Shown: positions 59,931 through 63,790 of the stretch, one piece after another | How the letters are laid out: every line of letters begins with the position of its first letter | Numbering within the stretch: the stretch's first letter is position 1 | DNA from: a virus | Taxonomy: Duplodnaviria; Caudoviricetes | DNA: 63,790 nucleotides | Direction: 5' to 3' (one strand) | IMG/VR virus record: IMGVR_UViG_3300033076_000704 | Location: 1 to 63,790 of that record | Notes under the pieces: generated by a model | Seen by the model: only the letters and a program-made list of their open reading frames with translations | Database searches by the model: none | Told to the model about the DNA's origin: nothing | Made by a program: the position numbers and the translations under genes

Positions 59931-60504
59931 TCGATATACGCTAAAAGGTCAGTTATTATACGCTCCAGCAACACCGCTTGCGGTTGCTTTAACCCTTCAT
60001 CAGTATAGTGCATACGATAGGTTTCGATATCGTGTTTTATTTCTTCAAGTGTTTTCATGGTTAGTTCCTCCTCACCTTTCTATATCCAAATATCTCATCG
60101 CTTCCGGCCTTAACCAGAGCAACCATTTCAGTTACATACTCATTCAGGTCTTCAGCATCTACTAGCCCCTCTAATGCGGTCATAACGCCATTGTAATAGC
60201 TTAGTATAGCCGCATCTTCCTGACCGCCTCTATGCTTTACTCCCTGCTGCTCTAGGTATTGCTTGTATAATATTACCAGCTCTGAAACATCTTCGCTTAG
60301 CATTGCCCTCTCCCTCTGCCTGTAGCCTTATTGTATATCCATCTGGCACTCTAGCCAAGAGGGATTCTAAGTCGGCCTTCAATTCTCTGGCTAGGTTCTT
60401 GGATGTACCATGAAAAGCAACCTGCTCTTCAAATGGCGCATTGCCTTGAAATTCAGCTTCATCATTACGCAGCGCATATTTCATATCATCAGATTCAAGT
60501 ATGA

Positions 60505-60762
60505 TTAGTGTAGGCATAATAATACTCCTGTTAAGATTAAACCACGGCACGCGCCGTATAAAATTTCAGCAGCCCTAGTAGCTCCATTTTTAACCAGCTT
60601 CCCACTGGCATAATAAATAACTGGCATCCCCAACCCACCCAATAACCCCAAAGGCGCAATCCAGAAGTTATTAAACCACCATGCCAACGCTATTGTGGTG
60701 GGGAGTTCATAACATCCACGAACCGCCCCATACGCGCAACTATATATCTCTGAGCGCGTCAT
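60505..60762 (-). CDS. membrane protein, probable C-terminal half of a split gene
   Basis: Hydrophobic; fuses in frame with 61681..62148 via microhomology. Confidence 0.5.
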   Translation of the reverse strand: MTRSEIYSCAYGAVRGCYELPTTIALAWWFNNFWIAPLGLLGGLGMPVIYYASGKLVKNGATRAAEILYGACRGLILTGVLLCLH

Positions 60763-60898
60763 TGCTTTACTTCCTTATCAAACAAGCCCATTAAAAAAGA
60801 AACCACCGCTATCACGAACCACACTACATTCATTATATCGTTATGTCCAGTTTGCCCCGCTATCAAAGATAACATTCCGGTTGCCCACCATTTATTGC

Positions 60899-60952
60899 TC
60901 ATCCCTCATCTCCTTTCGCTGGTGGTTGTGGTAGTGGTTGCCATTCAGCCAT
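60899..60952 (-). pseudogene. collapsed DUF551-like remnant (MAEWQPLPQPP)
   Basis: Strong AGGAGG RBS; 17-aa ORF joins the typical first and last motifs of DUF551 proteins. Confidence 0.4.
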
Positions 60953-60969
60953 AAATCCTCCTGTTAAGT

Positions 60970-61121
60970 TGGTGACTGTGTGTGAGGTTGTTTACTCACT
61001 ATGCTTGAGGTATCCTGCATTACAGCAGGTGAGGTCGGGCTTTCCCCTTTGGTTTCCCCAAGTCAATCTCGCTGGCACAATTCCCCAGTCCCGATAGGTG
61101 TCTATCCACTCCGACACAGCC
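60970..61121 (-). ncRNA. 152-nt tRNA-like structured RNA ending ACCA
   Basis: 8-bp terminal stem, adjacent 5-bp T-arm-like hairpin, several internal hairpins. Confidence 0.6.
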
Positions 61122-61680
61122 ATAAATCCTCCTATCCTTGAAAATCTACTGCATTCTTTAGAGCGCATTTATCTCCACCCTGACAGGCAAAAGAGGTAAA
61201 CTGCTCGGCTTTAAATTCCCTACCGCATTCAGCGCACTTTTTATCTTTATTTGATATGGCATATCCCATTTTCGTCCAGCCATATTCAGTCTCAAACTTC
61301 ATTTTATCCTCCTAGTTACCCATTCCGCAAATTTGTGAGTCACAGCAATCCGCCATTGCTACCATACCCTAGGATTGCCCCAGAGGTAGCATTGTTTGGA
61401 TAATCGCAAGACAATTGCGCTGCTTTCTCAGCAACGGCTTTCTCATAAACCGCTCTCCTTTCGCTTTCAGCGGCTTTACGGGCAGTCTCAATGTCAAAAT
61501 CAGTAGTTACTTTTCTGATGGCATCAGACCTGATTAATACAATAGGATTTATTTGAACTGCTGTGAGGCAATTACCATTCATATAGGTAAGACTATTTAT
61601 AGATTGCAATGCCTTGTCAGCACTTTCAATTTCCACGGTATAGTTACCAGAATCGGTTTCAAAGGTAATTTGATAAGTCA

Positions 61681-62148
61681 TTATTTAGTTCCTTTCAGTT
61701 TGTTGGTTATAAATTCCGCAAATTTGTGTTGGATATAGTTAGCAGCGTTGACCTTAGTATCCTCAGTAGCATCCGCCCCACGCCAACTATTGAAGAACGG
61801 CCTTGGACTGGTAAGTGGGGGTAAAAAGCTCCCCAAAGATACGATAATAGCACTAATCAGTGCATTTAGTGCATCTATACTTGTATTAAAGTATGCAATT
61901 AGTGCAAATACTCCTCCGGTAACAACACAATAGATTGGCTTGCGTAGCTTCTTCGGCCAGATGCGTTTTTCCAGTTCTGCAATTTCCTGTAGCTGCTCTG
62001 GTGTTGGATTAGGCTGTGCAGTTAGCCATTCAAGCCGCTTCTCCCATTCAGTAGTAAACACAGTATTGCCACGGAAGGCGTAGAGCAGGGCGTTGAGAAC
62101 CACCCAAACCAATAATATATACCATGAGAGTTCTATCGGGTTAATCAT
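61681..62148 (-). CDS. membrane protein, probable N-terminal half of a split gene
   Basis: Three hydrophobic segments; LYAFRG. Confidence 0.55.
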   Translation of the reverse strand: MINPIELSWYILLVWVVLNALLYAFRGNTVFTTEWEKRLEWLTAQPNPTPEQLQEIAELEKRIWPKKLRKPIYCVVTGGVFALIAYFNTSIDALNALISAIIVSLGSFLPPLTSPRPFFNSWRGADATEDTKVNAANYIQHKFAEFITNKLKGTK

Positions 62149-62911
62149 CTTTATTCCCCTCTATAAGCTCAAGAACCGCTATCAGACGATACCCCATCTG
62201 TTCATCTATAACTATTGCAGACTGCATTATTTTATATCCTTCTGGTACATCAAGTGCTCCGTATTCAGAGCTAAATTTACCACCCAAAGAGAATGATGTT
62301 TTCATATATCTTGGCTTATTCATCCTTCACCACCTTGTAGCCGTTGTTTTCGAGGTATTGAAGCACCTCATTGATTATACCGAGAAATCTCTGTCTAGTA
62401 TAATCATCCCCAGCATAATAATCTGCAAAACCATTGGCTATCACCCTTCGTATCTCATCATCAATCGCCATCACTTGCTCCATGTGTTTAAGTTGTTCAT
62501 CTGTAGGCTTAATACTCTTTGCTATATTCTTAAGGCTACCTTGTATTATTGCCATCACTTCCCTCTCAAATACGGCTCGGCGAGTTGAAGGGCTTTATCA
62601 ACCTTTATTTCATCGTAAGTTAGGGCGGGAAAGCCGTCATAACTGGCAACCACCTGACAAGTTTCCAACGCTTCCGCCAGCTTAGCGATGACTTCTTGCA
62701 TTTCTACGAGCTTATCATTCTGCTCAAACATCATCTGGCCTACTTTAAAATATACATCTTCACTCACTCTTTTCCTCGCTTGCTTTGGGGTGTTGTTTAA
62801 ATGGTTCTGGCCACGGCTCATCTGGATAAACGGTATATAACGGTCTATAGCTTACAGCTCTCCTTTGTCGCTCAAGTAACTCTCTCACCTTATTATTAAA
62901 CCAGCTATTCA

Positions 62912-63457
62912 TCACTCCCTCTCGTTTGTGGTGGGTTGTTGTTCAGGGCTTAGCTTGCGTTCCAAATAAGTGCATCCCTGCATTTTGCGGCGCAATATAC
63001 TTACAAGGAAAGTACGTTCTGCAATTAAGTTGGCTTCTTGTTTTTCTGCCTTCTTGATAACAGATACCTTGTTTGCTTTGATATACAGCAGTCCCCAATG
63101 TTCTGGCAATTCATCAACTCCGATTACATCAGGCGGGCAGAGATAATAACGATAATTCCCCATTCCCTTTTCTGGTGAACTTTTATGATACTTCTTCCTA
63201 TCTCGTAAAAAATCAGCGTGGGTTGTTTTGCACTCAACCAAAATACTCTTGAAAGGTAGCCAGCCTATAGCATCCGGCTTTTCTGCCGCACACGCCGTTA
63301 ACTCCCATACAGCAAAATTACAGCCCATTGTTCCGCGCAACCACTTGGCGGCTCTTTCACACATTTGCCTATGCTGACTAAAATCTATAGGACGCTTTGG
63401 CTTAGGTTCTGGCCTACCAAAGAAATGGTCAAATTCTTCCTGCCGAATAATAGCCAC
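62912..63457 (-). CDS. PD-(D/E)xK nuclease-like protein (MmcB-like)
   Basis: E.PDAIGW...SILVECK...ADF..D.KK, G..RYY.CP, ELP..WGL. Confidence 0.65.
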   Translation of the reverse strand: MAIIRQEEFDHFFGRPEPKPKRPIDFSQHRQMCERAAKWLRGTMGCNFAVWELTACAAEKPDAIGWLPFKSILVECKTTHADFLRDRKKYHKSSPEKGMGNYRYYLCPPDVIGVDELPEHWGLLYIKANKVSVIKKAEKQEANLIAERTFLVSILRRKMQGCTYLERKLSPEQQPTTNERE

Positions 63458-63460
63458 CCG

Positions 63461-63790
63461 CTACCCCGCATCCGTTTTCGTTTTCGTTGAGGTGGGGGTG
63501 GGCTTCCTAATATCTTCCCACCATTGGCTCATATATTCTTTATTTTCCCAAAGTGGATTATTGGTAAATTCATTCTTATAAACACTCTTCATTTGCTCGC
63601 AGGTAACTATCTTGCCATCAATTACATTTGCCGAGGAGCCAGGTTGACTATTAGGAGCGTACCACTTAGTTCTTCTTTCATCTTCACTTAAGTCTCTAGG
63701 TAAATCGTACATTCCTATCTCTGATGCTCCGCATTGCTCACAGTGAAAGGGGCCAACTTGCTGCATGCCAATTCCAATATCTACAAAATC
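63461..63790 (-). CDS. Zn-finger-like phage protein; its 5' part is at 48..1 across the junction
   Basis: CPYC (window start) continues in frame into DFVDIGIGMQQVGPFHCEQCGASEI. Confidence 0.7.
   Translation of the reverse strand, partial: DFVDIGIGMQQVGPFHCEQCGASEIGMYDLPRDLSEDERRTKWYAPNSQPGSSANVIDGKIVTCEQMKSVYKNEFTNNPLWENKEYMSQWWEDIRKPTPTSTKTKTDAG

Larger units (their letters stand above)
1..63790. mobile_element. Tailed dsDNA bacteriophage genome, podovirus-like, near-complete and circularly permuted
   Basis: Terminase, portal, capsid, tail, ejection, lysis and replication modules are present; no host housekeeping genes; an ORF reads across the window ends. Confidence 0.95.

Noticed and set aside
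60970-61121. Canonical tRNA, tRNA-Sec or tmRNA
   Set aside because: No TTCRA T-loop, no 7-nt anticodon loop in position, no G3-U70 pair, and wrong length.
1-63790. Alternative genetic code or integrated prophage boundaries
   Set aside because: Genes tile densely in code 11 using all three stops; no host genes, integrase or att-like flanks recognised.

Overview
The window is an essentially complete, circularly permuted ~63.8 kb dsDNA tailed-phage genome: one gene reads in frame across the 63790/1 junction. It has podovirus-like architecture and probably an alphaproteobacterial host (inferred from regulator families). Minus-strand early arm (59.3-63.8 kb and 1-20.3 kb): many small ORFs, HNH-AP2 nuclease, RecT/YqaJ recombination pair, a DUF6745-like protein with a 36x12-bp repeat, VRR-NUC nuclease, SF2 helicase, Toprim primase-helicase and several HTH regulators. 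Control region (20.3-22.8 kb): iteron/AT-rich origin-like element, a 15-site palindromic array and two TerS-like genes. Plus-strand late arm (22.8-59.3 kb): TerL with a LAGLIDADG intein, portal, a repeat-containing fibre module, GroES, scaffold, major capsid, adaptor and tail proteins, four ejection-type proteins, and lysis genes. Four glycosyltransferase-like genes are present. I recognised no integrase, DNA polymerase, canonical tRNA or CRISPR array. The most notable items outside the ORF track are a 58-aa standalone GluRS anticodon-binding-domain ORF (15281-15457), a 152-nt CCA-ending tRNA-like RNA (60970-61121) and the 33-bp-periodic palindrome array (21486-21749). All assignments are by-eye motif recognition; no database search was run.
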